Assembly (NCBI GenBank): GCA_043808095.1
Contig: JAZDFF010000001.1
Span: 94,230-158,229 of the forward strand
DNA from: Candidatus Omnitrophota bacterium
GTDB taxonomy: Bacteria; Omnitrophota; Gorgyraeia; JAZDFF01
Reading direction: 5' to 3'
Length of the DNA: 64,000 bases
Part shown: positions 9,732 to 19,580 of the stretch, piece by piece
How positions within the stretch are numbered: position 1 is the stretch's first letter
How the letters are laid out: each line of letters begins with the position of its first letter
The notes under the pieces: generated by a model
Databases searched by the model: none
What the model was told of the DNA's origin: nothing
The model's input: only the letters and a program-made list of their open reading frames with translations
Made by a program: the position numbers and the translations under genes

Positions 9732-10616
9732 ATGATAATTATTCCCGCTATAGATTTAAAAAATGGTAAGGTCGTCAGGCTTTATAAAGGCGACTTCAAT
9801 AAAGTCAGCGAGTATTCCAATGACCCTGTCAGCGTGGCTTTATCCTGGCAAGGGCTTGGCGCCAGCTTAATCCATATTGTCGATTTAGAAGGGGCATTAA
9901 CCGGAGAACCCCAAAATAAAGCCATTATTAAGAAGATAATAAAGAGCCTTAAGATTGAAACTGAAGTAAGCGGCGGTTTTAGGACCAAGGAATTGATTGA
10001 GGAATTTATCCAGGCAGGTGCCACTCGTATCATCCTCGGCTCCAAAGTTCAGGAAGACCTGTCATTTTTAGAAGACATCTCAAAGGTTTATTCAAAAAGA
10101 CTGGCCATTAGCCTGGATGCGAAGTATCTAAAAGAGGATAAAAGCGGTTTAGTTTTAAATCTTTCTATTAAAGGGTGGCTTGAGGATAAAGAGGTTCCTT
10201 TAGAAGCCTTGCTTAAGGAGATTTATTCGCTGGGAATTCGCTTTATCAATTATACGGATGTCTCCCGCGACGGGACATTGGAAGGGATAGATCTTAATTC
10301 CGTAACCAAGATTATAGAAATCGTAAATAAATTTACCCCGTTAGAGAAAACCACTTCGACAATACTTCAAAGCGGACGCAACCCTCTAAGGCCAAAAGTG
10401 GTTAAAAACAAGCGTCAGCAGATACCGTTAGAGATTGAAAAATCTCTAACAGGGTTTAAAGGTTTTAATTTGATTGTTTCGGGAGGAGTTTCATCGATAG
10501 AAGATATTAAGAAAATCGCCAGATTTAAAGATTTCTACGGCCTAATTATAGGTAAGGCCCTCTATGAGGGCAGGGTGGATTTTAAAGAGGCAAATAAGAT
10601 TGCTCTGGGAAAATAA
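9732..10616 (+). CDS. hisA: HisA (ProFAR isomerase) carrying a roughly 45-residue insertion
   Basis: MIIIPAIDLKNGKVVRL and SGG/ALYEG motifs; extra segment NKFTPLEK...FKGF between the DGT motif and the final SGG strand. Confidence 0.8.
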   Translation: MIIIPAIDLKNGKVVRLYKGDFNKVSEYSNDPVSVALSWQGLGASLIHIVDLEGALTGEPQNKAIIKKIIKSLKIETEVSGGFRTKELIEEFIQAGATRIILGSKVQEDLSFLEDISKVYSKRLAISLDAKYLKEDKSGLVLNLSIKGWLEDKEVPLEALLKEIYSLGIRFINYTDVSRDGTLEGIDLNSVTKIIEIVNKFTPLEKTTSTILQSGRNPLRPKVVKNKRQQIPLEIEKSLTGFKGFNLIVSGGVSSIEDIKKIARFKDFYGLIIGKALYEGRVDFKEANKIALGK

Positions 10617-10645
10617 TTCATTCCTTATCATTGAAACTAGTTTTT

Positions 10646-10745
10646 GGGTATGGATGCTAGTATCGATACTCGTCTTGGAAGCTCGTATTTTGTTATCTTG
10701 TATCTAGCATCTAGTATCTAGCATCGATACCAGCATCGATAACTA
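10646..10745. repeat. Palindromic repeat, family H copy
   Basis: GGTATGGATGCTAGTATCGATACTCGTCTTGGAAGCTCGT matches 22129-22170 and the reverse complement of 1040-1080. Confidence 0.75.
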
Positions 10746-10787
10746 GAGACGAATATCAATGATCATGTTTTTAGGAAAGTAATAATT

Positions 10788-11543
10788 ATGTTAACCAAAC
10801 GTATAATCCCATGTCTTGATGTTAAAGACGGCAGGGTGGTCAAAGGCATAAAGTTCCTGAATTTACGCGATGCCGGCGATCCGCCTGTTGTTGCCGCGGT
10901 CTACGATAAACAAGGGGCAGATGAGCTAGTTTTTCTGGATATTACTGCCAGCCTTGAGAAGAGGTCTATTCTTTTAAAGGTAGTTAAAAAAACAGCCCAG
11001 ACGGTGTTCATGCCCCTCACTGTCGGCGGCGGCATAAGGGGTATCTTGGATATACGTACATTATTATCTTCGGGGGCTGACAAGGTCTCCATAAATACTG
11101 CCGCAGTCCTTTGTCCTAAGTTTATTCAAGAGGCAGCAAGAAGGTTCGGTAGTCAATGTATCGTAGTAGCTATTGATGCCAAGAGAAAAAATAAAGGCTG
11201 GCAGGTTTATATTAACGGCGGCCACACCCAAACCAGACTAGATGCCGTAGAATGGGCTAAAAAGGCACAGGCGCTTGGCGCTGGAGAGATTTTGTTGACA
11301 AGCATGGATTATGATGGTACAAAAGATGGTTATGATATCAAGCTTACCAGGCGAGTTACAACGGCGGTAAACATTCCAGTGATCGCCTCCGGAGGTGCAG
11401 GCAAGCCTGAACATTTATACGAGGTATTAACTAAAGGCGGTGCGGATGCGGCATTGGCTGCCTCTATTTTTCACTACGGAGAATATTCGGTAGCCGAGAT
11501 CAAGAGTTATCTTAAGAAAAGAGGTGTTTACGTAAGAGGTTAA
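10788..11543 (+). CDS. hisF: Imidazole glycerol phosphate synthase cyclase subunit HisF
   Basis: [21 protein letters not shown] motifs. Confidence 0.9.
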   Translation: MLTKRIIPCLDVKDGRVVKGIKFLNLRDAGDPPVVAAVYDKQGADELVFLDITASLEKRSILLKVVKKTAQTVFMPLTVGGGIRGILDIRTLLSSGADKVSINTAAVLCPKFIQEAARRFGSQCIVVAIDAKRKNKGWQVYINGGHTQTRLDAVEWAKKAQALGAGEILLTSMDYDGTKDGYDIKLTRRVTTAVNIPVIASGGAGKPEHLYEVLTKGGADAALAASIFHYGEYSVAEIKSYLKKRGVYVRG

Positions 11544-11545
11544 GT

Positions 11546-11887
11546 ATGGCCAAAACGATTAAATTAAAATTTAATAAAGACAGGCTTATCCCGGTGATTA
11601 TCCAGGATTACAAGACCAAAGAGGTATTAATGCTTGCCTATATGAATAGAGAGTCGCTTAAAAGGACCTTGCGGCTTGGCAAGACCTGTTTCTGGTCTCG
11701 TTCCAGGAAGAAATACTGGGTAAAAGGAGAGACCTCCGGACATTTCCAATTTGTTAAAGGTATTTCCTATGACTGCGACCAGGATGCCTTATTGATTAAG
11801 GTAAGACAGGTAGGCGTAGCCTGTCATACAGGTAATAGGTCATGCTTTTATAGGAAATTAAAACTAAGTAACCAGCCCCGAATGTAG
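11546..11887 (+). CDS. hisI: Phosphoribosyl-AMP cyclohydrolase HisI
   Basis: 113 aa; GLIPVIIQD-like N-terminus, CDxDALL and C-terminal Cys cluster. Confidence 0.8.
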   Translation: MAKTIKLKFNKDRLIPVIIQDYKTKEVLMLAYMNRESLKRTLRLGKTCFWSRSRKKYWVKGETSGHFQFVKGISYDCDQDALLIKVRQVGVACHTGNRSCFYRKLKLSNQPRM

Positions 11888-11889
11888 AA

Positions 11890-12103
11890 ACCCAAGAAGT
11901 TATACATCGGGATCCCGAAGCGATACTTCGGAGAATATCTGCATTCGGGAAAACCAGAGTACAGAAACCAGAAAAAATAAAATCTGGTTACTGTCCCGAA
12001 TGTTGTTACTATGTTAGTTATTCTTCGGGATCCCGAAGCGATACCATAGTAGTTACTACATTCGGGATAAACTGTTAACTGGTTTCTCCCGAGCGAAGCG
12101 AGG
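11890..12103. repeat. Palindromic repeat cluster ending in shared CCGAGCGAAGCGAGG module before the trpE ATG
   Basis: CGGGATCCCGAAGCGATACTTCGG palindromes; ACCAGAGTACAGAAACCAG and CCGAGCGAAGCGAGG shared with 39369-39446; also related to 51410-51470. Confidence 0.8.
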
Positions 12104-12108
12104 GGTTA

Positions 12109-13590
12109 ATGTATCATCCTACTTTTAAAGAATTCAAGAGATTATCCAAAAAAGGCAATCTCGTCCCTGTTTACAAGGAGATTCTGGCGGATCTGGAGAC
12201 GCCGGTGTCTGCCTTTATGAAAATTATGGACGATGATTACGCCTATCTTCTGGAATCAGTAGAGGGTACGCAGAAGATCGCGCGTTATTCTTTTTTAGGG
12301 GCTCATCCCTCATTGATATTTAAGGCAAAGGATAATATTGTTGAGATAACGGCCGAGAGAAAGAAAAAAAAGATTACTTTTAAGACCGATCCTTTGCTTG
12401 AGATTAAAAAAATAATGCAGCAATTTAAATCTGTAGAGGTTAAAGACCTGCCGCGTTTTTACGGCGGGATGGTAGGTTTTATCGGTTATGATATGGTCAA
12501 GTTTTTTGAACCCAAGCTCAAAATCCTAGATTCAAAAAAAAGGGATGTGGATTTTCCTGATGCCGTATTCATGTTAAGCGATAAACTCTTTATCTTTGAC
12601 CACTTTAACCATAAGATAAAGATAGTCGCCTGCGTATTCATCAAGGACAAGAAAAAAATAAAAGGGTATTACCACAAAGGCCTTAAAGATATCGAGGCGA
12701 TGCATAAAAGGCTAAAAGGCCCGCTTAAGAAACAGTTTTTGGAGGAGAGGCCTTGCGCAATAGGTCAAATTTCTTCAAACCTGTCTAAGCCGAGATTTAC
12801 GCGGATTGTGAATGAGGCCAAAAGATATATCCGCCAGGGCGATATTATCCAGGTGGTTTTATCCCAGCGTTTTAAGGTAGGCATTGATTGCAGGCCTTTA
12901 TCCATTTATCGCAGGCTGCGCTCCATCAATCCTTCGCCTTATATGTTTTGTCTTAAATTGCATGACTTAAGTTTAATCGGCTCCTCGCCTGAGATGCTGA
13001 TAAGATGTGAAGGCGGCCTCGTCCAGACTCGGCCTATAGCCGGGACCCGGCCAAGAGGCCGCGACGAAGAAAGTGATAACTTATTGGCCCGGCAGCTGCT
13101 TTTAGATAAGAAAGAAAGGGCAGAGCATATCATGTTAGTGGACCTGGGCAGGAATGATTTAGGAAGAGTCTGCAGGTTCTCTACGGTCAGGGTCAGCGAG
13201 TTTATGTCTATAGAGAGATTTTCCCATGTTATGCATATTACCAGCGAAGTGACGGGCAGGCTAAGGGCGCAAGAGGATATATATAGTTTATTACGCGGCG
13301 CATTTCCTGCCGGCACAGTTACAGGAAGCCCCAAGATCAGGGCCATGGAAATCATCAATGAATTAGAGGATACCCGGCGCGGACCTTATGCCGGCTGCAT
13401 AGGATATTTTAGTTTTTCCGGCAACCTCGATACCTGTATTACTATTCGTACGATATTTTTAAAAGGTAAGACCGCTTATTTCCAGTCTGGCGCAGGAATA
13501 GTTGCTGACTCAAGGCCGGTTAGAGAGTATAATGAGACAATCAACAAGGCTAGGGCATTGGTTGAGGCAATTGTCGGATTGCATAAATAA
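12109..13590 (+). CDS. trpE: Anthranilate synthase component I TrpE
   Basis: Chorismate-binding domain motifs (LLESVEG, IAGTRPRG, GAFPAGTVTGSPK, GPYAGCIGYF). Confidence 0.85.
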   Translation: MYHPTFKEFKRLSKKGNLVPVYKEILADLETPVSAFMKIMDDDYAYLLESVEGTQKIARYSFLGAHPSLIFKAKDNIVEITAERKKKKITFKTDPLLEIKKIMQQFKSVEVKDLPRFYGGMVGFIGYDMVKFFEPKLKILDSKKRDVDFPDAVFMLSDKLFIFDHFNHKIKIVACVFIKDKKKIKGYYHKGLKDIEAMHKRLKGPLKKQFLEERPCAIGQISSNLSKPRFTRIVNEAKRYIRQGDIIQVVLSQRFKVGIDCRPLSIYRRLRSINPSPYMFCLKLHDLSLIGSSPEMLIRCEGGLVQTRPIAGTRPRGRDEESDNLLARQLLLDKKERAEHIMLVDLGRNDLGRVCRFSTVRVSEFMSIERFSHVMHITSEVTGRLRAQEDIYSLLRGAFPAGTVTGSPKIRAMEIINELEDTRRGPYAGCIGYFSFSGNLDTCITIRTIFLKGKTAYFQSGAGIVADSRPVREYNETINKARALVEAIVGLHK

Positions 13591-13804
13591 TAATATTAAT
13601 TAAAATTAAAAAAGACTGTTGATTTAACATGATTTTAAATCCTAAATTCGAAGCACTAAATCCAAAACAAATCCAAAACCCAAAATTAAAAATTCGAAAA
13701 AAAGAATATATTTTGTATTTTGAACATTTGAGTTTGTTTAGAGTTTAGGATTTCGAATTTAGAATTTATCTTGAGTTTTAATAGGGTGTTCAAAAGGAGG
13801 ATTT

Positions 13805-14053
13805 ATGGTAGCAATAAGATTGAGAAAAGTAAGCAAAACCAAAAAGAGGTTTCATTTTAGGATTATTGTTTCTGATTCAAAAAGCGCTCTCTCCAGCCGC
13901 TGTATTGAAGAATTGGGTTATTATAACCCTGCAAAAAATCCGCCCTATCTTAAAATAAACAACGAGAGGATGACCTATTGGATTAAGAGAGGTGCAAGGG
14001 TTTCAGCTACTATCAAAAGATTATATAAAAGAGCCGTTAGCCAAAAAGGCTAA
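13805..14053 (+). CDS. rpsP: 30S ribosomal protein S16
   Basis: MVAIRLRKVSKTKKRFHFRIIV typical S16 N-terminus. Confidence 0.9.
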   Translation: MVAIRLRKVSKTKKRFHFRIIVSDSKSALSSRCIEELGYYNPAKNPPYLKINNERMTYWIKRGARVSATIKRLYKRAVSQKG

Positions 14054-14072
14054 AAACCATAAGGAGTCCTAA

Positions 14073-14357
14073 ATGCCAAATCAAGCCGTTAACCCGATTT
14101 TGAACTTCTTGCCGTTAATTTTTGTCTTATTTATTTTTTATTTTTTGGTTTTTGCGCCGCAGCAGAAACAACAGAAGGAACACCGCCGGATGATAGATGG
14201 CCTTAAAAAAAATGATGAGATTGTTACTGCTGCTGGAATTCACGGCACTATTGTTAATGTAAAAGACAAGACCTTTATTGTGCGGGTTGATGACAACGCT
14301 AAGATTGAGATTGATAAGAGCGCTGTATCTTATCTAATTAAAAAACAGGAGTCATGA
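14073..14357 (+). CDS. yajC: Preprotein translocase subunit YajC
   Basis: 94 aa single-TM protein directly upstream of secDF. Confidence 0.75.
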   Translation: MPNQAVNPILNFLPLIFVLFIFYFLVFAPQQKQQKEHRRMIDGLKKNDEIVTAAGIHGTIVNVKDKTFIVRVDDNAKIEIDKSAVSYLIKKQES

Positions 14358-16519
14358 AATATATTAAATTTAATTTATTATTGATAGTAGTCATAATAGC
14401 TATGTCGTTCTGGTATGCCTTTCCGCTCCAGAAACGGATAAACTTGGGCCTGGATTTACAAGGAGGCATGCACCTGGTTTTAAAGGTGGATACCTCAAAA
14501 TTATCTAAAGAGGCCAAGAAAGACGCCGCTGAAAGGGCGCTTGAAATTATCCGAAACCGTATTGATGAGTTCGGAGTAAAAGAGCCTGCGATCAGCCGCC
14601 AGGGCGAGGATGAGATTGTGGTGCAACTTCCGGGCATTACCGACAGAAAAAGGGCCCTGGATTTGATCGGCCAGACTGCGGTACTTGAATTCAAACTGGT
14701 CAATTCTGATCCTACTGCTTTAAAAGATGCCCTTGAAGGCAAAATCCCCGAGGGTTATGAACTGAAATATCTTGAAAAGGAACCGCTGATTTTAGAAAAA
14801 GAGGCATCCATAACCGGCGAATACCTGGTGGATGCAGGAGTACAGTTTGACCAGGCAGGTTTTGGCGAGCCGATAGTAGCGGTAAAATTTAACGCCGAAG
14901 GCGCCAAGAAATTTGCCGATATTACAGCTTCATATGTTGGCCGGCGACTGGCGATTATTTTAGACGGCCATGTTAAATCCGCGCCCCGTATTAATGAACC
15001 GATACCGTCTGGAGAAGGAGTTATTACCGGAAGGTTCACCATTGAAGAAGCCAATGACCTGGCCATTGCCCTTCGCGTGGGTGCTTTGCCTGCGCCCATA
15101 AACATAGAGGAAGAGCGTACTGTCGGGCCGCTTCTCGGCCAGGACTCGATAAATAGCGGAGTAAAGGCAAGCATAATTGGCTGTGTTGGCGTATTTGGCT
15201 TTATGATTTTATATTATCTTTTTGCCGGGTTTATCGCCTGCATCGCCCTGATGCTTAATTTTCTGATAATATTAGGCGCAATGGGGATGTTCCATGCTAC
15301 CCTGACCTTACCCGGTATTGCCGGTATTGTCCTTACCCTTGGTATGGCGGTTGATGCTAATGTGCTTATCAGCGAGCGTATCCGGGAGGAATTAAGGGCA
15401 GGTAAGTCCCTAAGGATAGCCATTAATAATGGTTATCAAAGGGCCTTTAGTGCGATATTTGATTCAAATGTGACTACGCTCATTGCCGCTGCTTTGTTAT
15501 TTCAATTCGGGACCGGCCCTATCCGGGGATTTGCGCTTACCTTAACCATAGGTTTACTAGCCAGCCTTTATACCGCAGTTATAGTCACCCATCTAATCTT
15601 TGAAGTATTGCTGAACAGCAGGCTCATAAGCGGACTGCCGATGCTACAGATTTTTAAAGAAAAACCCAGCATAGATTTTATCGGGAAAAGAAAAATATTT
15701 TATACCATATCCGTCTTAATAATCTTATTGGGCATGGGCAGTGTTATCCTAAGGGGAAAAAATATGCTGGGCATAGAGCTTTCAGGCGGCCAGCTACAGG
15801 AATATAAGTTTGAACAACCGGTTGCCATTGGAGATATCAGGGCAGGCTTAAAGGGCATTGGTATTGATGAGGCCTCAATCCAGCAATTTAAGGATTTTCC
15901 TAATAATATAAGTATCCGCACCAACCAGGACACCTTTGATAAGGTCTCTGCCAATCTCTCGGCTAATTTTCCCGATAATAAATTCGAGATTTTAAAAATA
16001 GAAAAAATCGGCCCCAGCATAGGTAAACAACTTAGGAAGCGGGCAATACTTGCTATTTTTTGGTCTCTCTTAGGCATACTGATTTATGTCGCCTTTAGGT
16101 TTAAGCACTTTAATTTTGCCATTGCCGGAGTTATCGCCCTCCTTCATGATATCTTTATGGCTGTAGGCTTTATCGCCCTGACCGGAAGGCAGATAGATTT
16201 GTTAATGGTAACTGCCTTCCTGACTATTGCAGGATATTCCATAAATGATACCATTGTTATTTATGACCGCGTCAGGGAAGTGAGTCGAAGCTCCGGAAAA
16301 ATCACCCTTGCACAGGCCATTAATCAGGGAGTAAACCTGACATTAAGCAGGACCATACTGACTTCTTTCGTCACATTGCTCGTAGTATTCTCCCTGTTTT
16401 TTTTCGGGGGAGAGGTCTTAAATGGTTTTGCCTTTTGTTTAATAGTCGGATTTTTCTCTGGAATATATTCTACTATTTTTATCGCCTCGCCACTTGTTTT
16501 AGCCTGGCAGAAGAAATAA
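14354..16519 (+). CDS. secDF: Protein translocase SecDF fusion
   Basis: 721 aa with periplasmic domain plus two RND-like 6-TM bundles; follows yajC. Confidence 0.85.
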   Translation: MKYIKFNLLLIVVIIAMSFWYAFPLQKRINLGLDLQGGMHLVLKVDTSKLSKEAKKDAAERALEIIRNRIDEFGVKEPAISRQGEDEIVVQLPGITDRKRALDLIGQTAVLEFKLVNSDPTALKDALEGKIPEGYELKYLEKEPLILEKEASITGEYLVDAGVQFDQAGFGEPIVAVKFNAEGAKKFADITASYVGRRLAIILDGHVKSAPRINEPIPSGEGVITGRFTIEEANDLAIALRVGALPAPINIEEERTVGPLLGQDSINSGVKASIIGCVGVFGFMILYYLFAGFIACIALMLNFLIILGAMGMFHATLTLPGIAGIVLTLGMAVDANVLISERIREELRAGKSLRIAINNGYQRAFSAIFDSNVTTLIAAALLFQFGTGPIRGFALTLTIGLLASLYTAVIVTHLIFEVLLNSRLISGLPMLQIFKEKPSIDFIGKRKIFYTISVLIILLGMGSVILRGKNMLGIELSGGQLQEYKFEQPVAIGDIRAGLKGIGIDEASIQQFKDFPNNISIRTNQDTFDKVSANLSANFPDNKFEILKIEKIGPSIGKQLRKRAILAIFWSLLGILIYVAFRFKHFNFAIAGVIALLHDIFMAVGFIALTGRQIDLLMVTAFLTIAGYSINDTIVIYDRVREVSRSSGKITLAQAINQGVNLTLSRTILTSFVTLLVVFSLFFFGGEVLNGFAFCLIVGFFSGIYSTIFIASPLVLAWQKK

Positions 16520-16520
16520 G

Positions 16521-16690
16521 TGAGGCCACGACTTACGGAATGGAATGAACGTAAGTCGTCTTGGCCGAACTTATCCCCCACCACTTTTTGGAAAAGCATA
16601 AAATTCTCATTAAAGGTTTTACTCCTAAATTTACCTTTCATACTATCTCGAGTACTCTTTCAAAAAGTGGTGGGGGATTAAATTCGTCCG
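16521..16690. mobile_element. Cargo-free copy of the palindromic element that carries the GIY-YIG gene at 63291-63680
   Basis: Same left arm as 63291-63350 (TGAGGCC..ACTTACGGA..ACGTAAGT..GGCCGAA); perfect 18-bp inverted repeats ATCCCCCACCACTTTTTG (16573-16590) and CAAAAAGTGGTGGGGGAT (16661-16678) flank about 70 bp with no ORF; same TTAAATTCG tail. Confidence 0.7.
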
Positions 16691-16718
16691 CCACTGAATC
16701 AATGGCGGGCTCATTAAA

Positions 16719-18644
16719 ATGTTTAAGTCATTAAAACTCTACCGAAACCAAATAATCGAATTAGAAAGTGTTGTTACACAGCTAGACCAACTCGGCTATA
16801 GGCGCCAAAATCAGACTCAGGAAGAAGGCGACTTTAGCCTGCGCGGGGATGTCCTGGATATATTTCCTGCCACTTTCGAATTTCCTATAAGGATTGACCT
16901 TGACGTTGAAAGTATTAATGCGATTAGAAGTTTTAGCACGAGCGACGCAAAACCAATTTTAGAGCACGAGGCAGTAATAATTTTACCCAAAAAGATTTCA
17001 AGCGGTCTTTCTAAGCTTCATTTGGATTTTAAAGAAGAGGTTCCGATTGACAATTTCCTCGATTTAGCAATCGGCGATTATGTAGTACACGTAAAGCACG
17101 GTATCGGCAGGTTTTTGGGGATGAATAAAATTAATACCAAAGACGGCCCAAAAGACCACTTAATTGTTGAATATGCCGGTAATGACAGGTTATTTGTGCC
17201 GGTAGATTCTATGCACCTGGTGCAGAAGTATATCAGTTTTGAAAGGGGCAGGCCGAAATTATATAAATTAGGCTCCGGAGAGTGGCTCCGGGTCAAGAAC
17301 AGGGCAAGAAAAGGGATCTTTCTTTATGCAGCCGAGCTCCTAAGGATGCAGGCGGCAAGAGAGAGTCTTTCGGGATTTAGTTTCTCCCCCGATACTGACT
17401 GGCAAAAAGAATATGAAAAGAATTTTCCTTACGTTGAGACTCCCGACCAGGCCAAGGCTACTGTTATGGTTAAGCAAGATATGGAGTCGTCTCAACCCAT
17501 GGATAGGCTTCTTTGCGGAGATGTCGGTTACGGAAAGACCGAGGTAGCCATGCGTGCTGCCTTTAAGGCGGTAATGGATAACAAACAAGTGGCAATCCTT
17601 GTTCCCACGACGATCTTGGCTGAGCAGCATTATTATAATTTCTCCAGTCGCCTTAAGGACTTTCCTATTAATGTCGAGATGCTCAGCCGTTTTAAGTCTC
17701 ATGCTGAACAAAAGAATATCATAAAGATGCTGGCAGCGGGGCTCGTTGACATCGTAATCGGAACCCACCGTTTAATTTCAAACGACATCAAATTCAAAGA
17801 CTTAGGGCTAGTAATCATTGATGAGGAGCAGCGTTTTGGGGTAAGGGCAAAAGAAAAACTTAAGAATTTGCGACTCTTAGTGGATGTCCTGACTTTGACT
17901 GCAACGCCAATTCCGCGTACACTTTATATGTCTTTAATGGGCGCTAAAGATATGTCGGTTATAAATACTGCCCCCCAAAACCGCCTGCCCATTGAGACCT
18001 ATGTCGCTGAATATAGCGATGCCCTCGTGCGCCAGGCGATATTGCGGGAACATCGCCGTAGCGGCCAGGTATTTTTTGTGCATAATCGTGTCCAAAGAAT
18101 TGAAAAGATTTTAAAAAGACTATCTAGGCTTTTACCAAGCACTATAAAGATCGGTCTGGCCCATGGGCAAATGGATTCGCGCAGCCTTGAAAAGATAATG
18201 TTTTCTTTTTTAAAAGGAAACCTTGACGTTTTGGTTTCTACTTCTATAATTGAATCAGGGATAGATGTACCTAATGCCAATACCCTTATTGTTGATAATG
18301 CCCAGGATTTTGGTTTGGCGGACTTACATCAGTTGCGGGGCAGGGTGGGCAGGTTCAATGTGAAGGCCTTTGCCTATTTTCTTACGCTTAATATTAGCCT
18401 CTTATCAACCGAGTCCCAAAAACGCCTTGAAGTAATCAAAAAATATTCCCAGTTAGGAGCAGGTTTTAAGATTGCCTTTGAGGATTTAGGAATCCGCGGG
18501 GCAGGAAACCTTTTGGGAGTACAACAGCATGGTTTTATCTCATCGGTAGGTTTTGATCTTTATTGCCGCCTGCTTCGCGAGACCATCAGTAATCTAAAAG
18601 GGCGTCACAAAAGTTCCGCCTTTAGGCTGGAACGATTTTTGTGA
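16719..18644 (+). CDS. mfd: Mfd-like transcription-repair coupling factor, core only (lacks UvrB-homology N-terminus and C-terminal D7)
   Basis: RNAP-interacting motif DYVVHVKHGIGRF, helicase motifs GDVGYGKTEVA, DEEQRFG, QLRGRVGR; 641 aa versus about 1150 aa for canonical Mfd. Confidence 0.8.
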   Translation: MFKSLKLYRNQIIELESVVTQLDQLGYRRQNQTQEEGDFSLRGDVLDIFPATFEFPIRIDLDVESINAIRSFSTSDAKPILEHEAVIILPKKISSGLSKLHLDFKEEVPIDNFLDLAIGDYVVHVKHGIGRFLGMNKINTKDGPKDHLIVEYAGNDRLFVPVDSMHLVQKYISFERGRPKLYKLGSGEWLRVKNRARKGIFLYAAELLRMQAARESLSGFSFSPDTDWQKEYEKNFPYVETPDQAKATVMVKQDMESSQPMDRLLCGDVGYGKTEVAMRAAFKAVMDNKQVAILVPTTILAEQHYYNFSSRLKDFPINVEMLSRFKSHAEQKNIIKMLAAGLVDIVIGTHRLISNDIKFKDLGLVIIDEEQRFGVRAKEKLKNLRLLVDVLTLTATPIPRTLYMSLMGAKDMSVINTAPQNRLPIETYVAEYSDALVRQAILREHRRSGQVFFVHNRVQRIEKILKRLSRLLPSTIKIGLAHGQMDSRSLEKIMFSFLKGNLDVLVSTSIIESGIDVPNANTLIVDNAQDFGLADLHQLRGRVGRFNVKAFAYFLTLNISLLSTESQKRLEVIKKYSQLGAGFKIAFEDLGIRGAGNLLGVQQHGFISSVGFDLYCRLLRETISNLKGRHKSSAFRLERFL

Positions 18645-18677
18645 CAGCCTAAATAATTTTAAAAATGGAGGGCGTCA

Positions 18678-19580
18678 ATGACAAAGGTCTTCTTTATATT
18701 CATGTGCTTAATACTTTCTTTTACTCCATTTGCCCAAGCAAATCAAGATCAGATCATTGCCGCAGTTAATAACGAGGCGATTACCCAGAGCGATTTTAAC
18801 GAATTTTTGAGAGTAATGTATGTTGATTTACGGGCTCAATATTCAGACGACCAGCTAGAGGAAAATAAAGCAGAGATTATCGGTGGTGCTTTAGAGAATC
18901 TTATCAAAGATAAGCTAATATTACAGGAGGCCAAAAAACAGAAACTAGAAGTAAAAGAGAGTGATGTTAAAGAGAAATTTGAGGAGGTCAAATCAAGATT
19001 TCCTTCTGCGGCAGAATTTGAAGAAGACCTGGCCAAAGAAGGTCTTACGCCCGGGATTTTAAAAGAGCGTTTAAGAGACAGGATCCTTATGCAGGAGATC
19101 GTTGACAAAGAGGTGCGTTCAAAAATCAATGTTTCCCCCTCTGAGGTAACTGCCTATTATAACGGCCATAGTAAAGATTTTAGTGTTGCCCAATCCCGAA
19201 AAGTTGATTCTATCTTTGTAAAGACCGAAGGGAAAGCCGATGAGGTCTTAAAATTAATTAAAGCCGGGAAAGATTTTGGCGAACTTATGAAAAATTTCTC
19301 AGAGGCCCAAAACATTGAAGTAGTTTCTAGGGGGGTCTTGCTTAAAAATATTGAGGATGCAATATTCTCTCTTGAGGTAGGCGGGACCACAGGAATTTTA
19401 AAAACCAATGAAGGTTTTTATATCTTTAAATTAATTGAAGAAATACCCGGTCGCGCTAAAGAACTAAAGGAAGTTCAGGATGAGATTTTTAATCAGTTAC
19501 GAGAAGAAAAGTTTCGGCTTCTATTAAATGAGTGGTTAGATAATCTTAAGAAAAATGCCTACATCTACATTAAAAAATAG
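18678..19580 (+). CDS. SurA-like periplasmic chaperone / parvulin-type peptidyl-prolyl isomerase
   Basis: Signal peptide, SurA-N-like region, PpiC rotamase-like domain. Confidence 0.7.
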   Translation: MTKVFFIFMCLILSFTPFAQANQDQIIAAVNNEAITQSDFNEFLRVMYVDLRAQYSDDQLEENKAEIIGGALENLIKDKLILQEAKKQKLEVKESDVKEKFEEVKSRFPSAAEFEEDLAKEGLTPGILKERLRDRILMQEIVDKEVRSKINVSPSEVTAYYNGHSKDFSVAQSRKVDSIFVKTEGKADEVLKLIKAGKDFGELMKNFSEAQNIEVVSRGVLLKNIEDAIFSLEVGGTTGILKTNEGFYIFKLIEEIPGRAKELKEVQDEIFNQLREEKFRLLLNEWLDNLKKNAYIYIKK

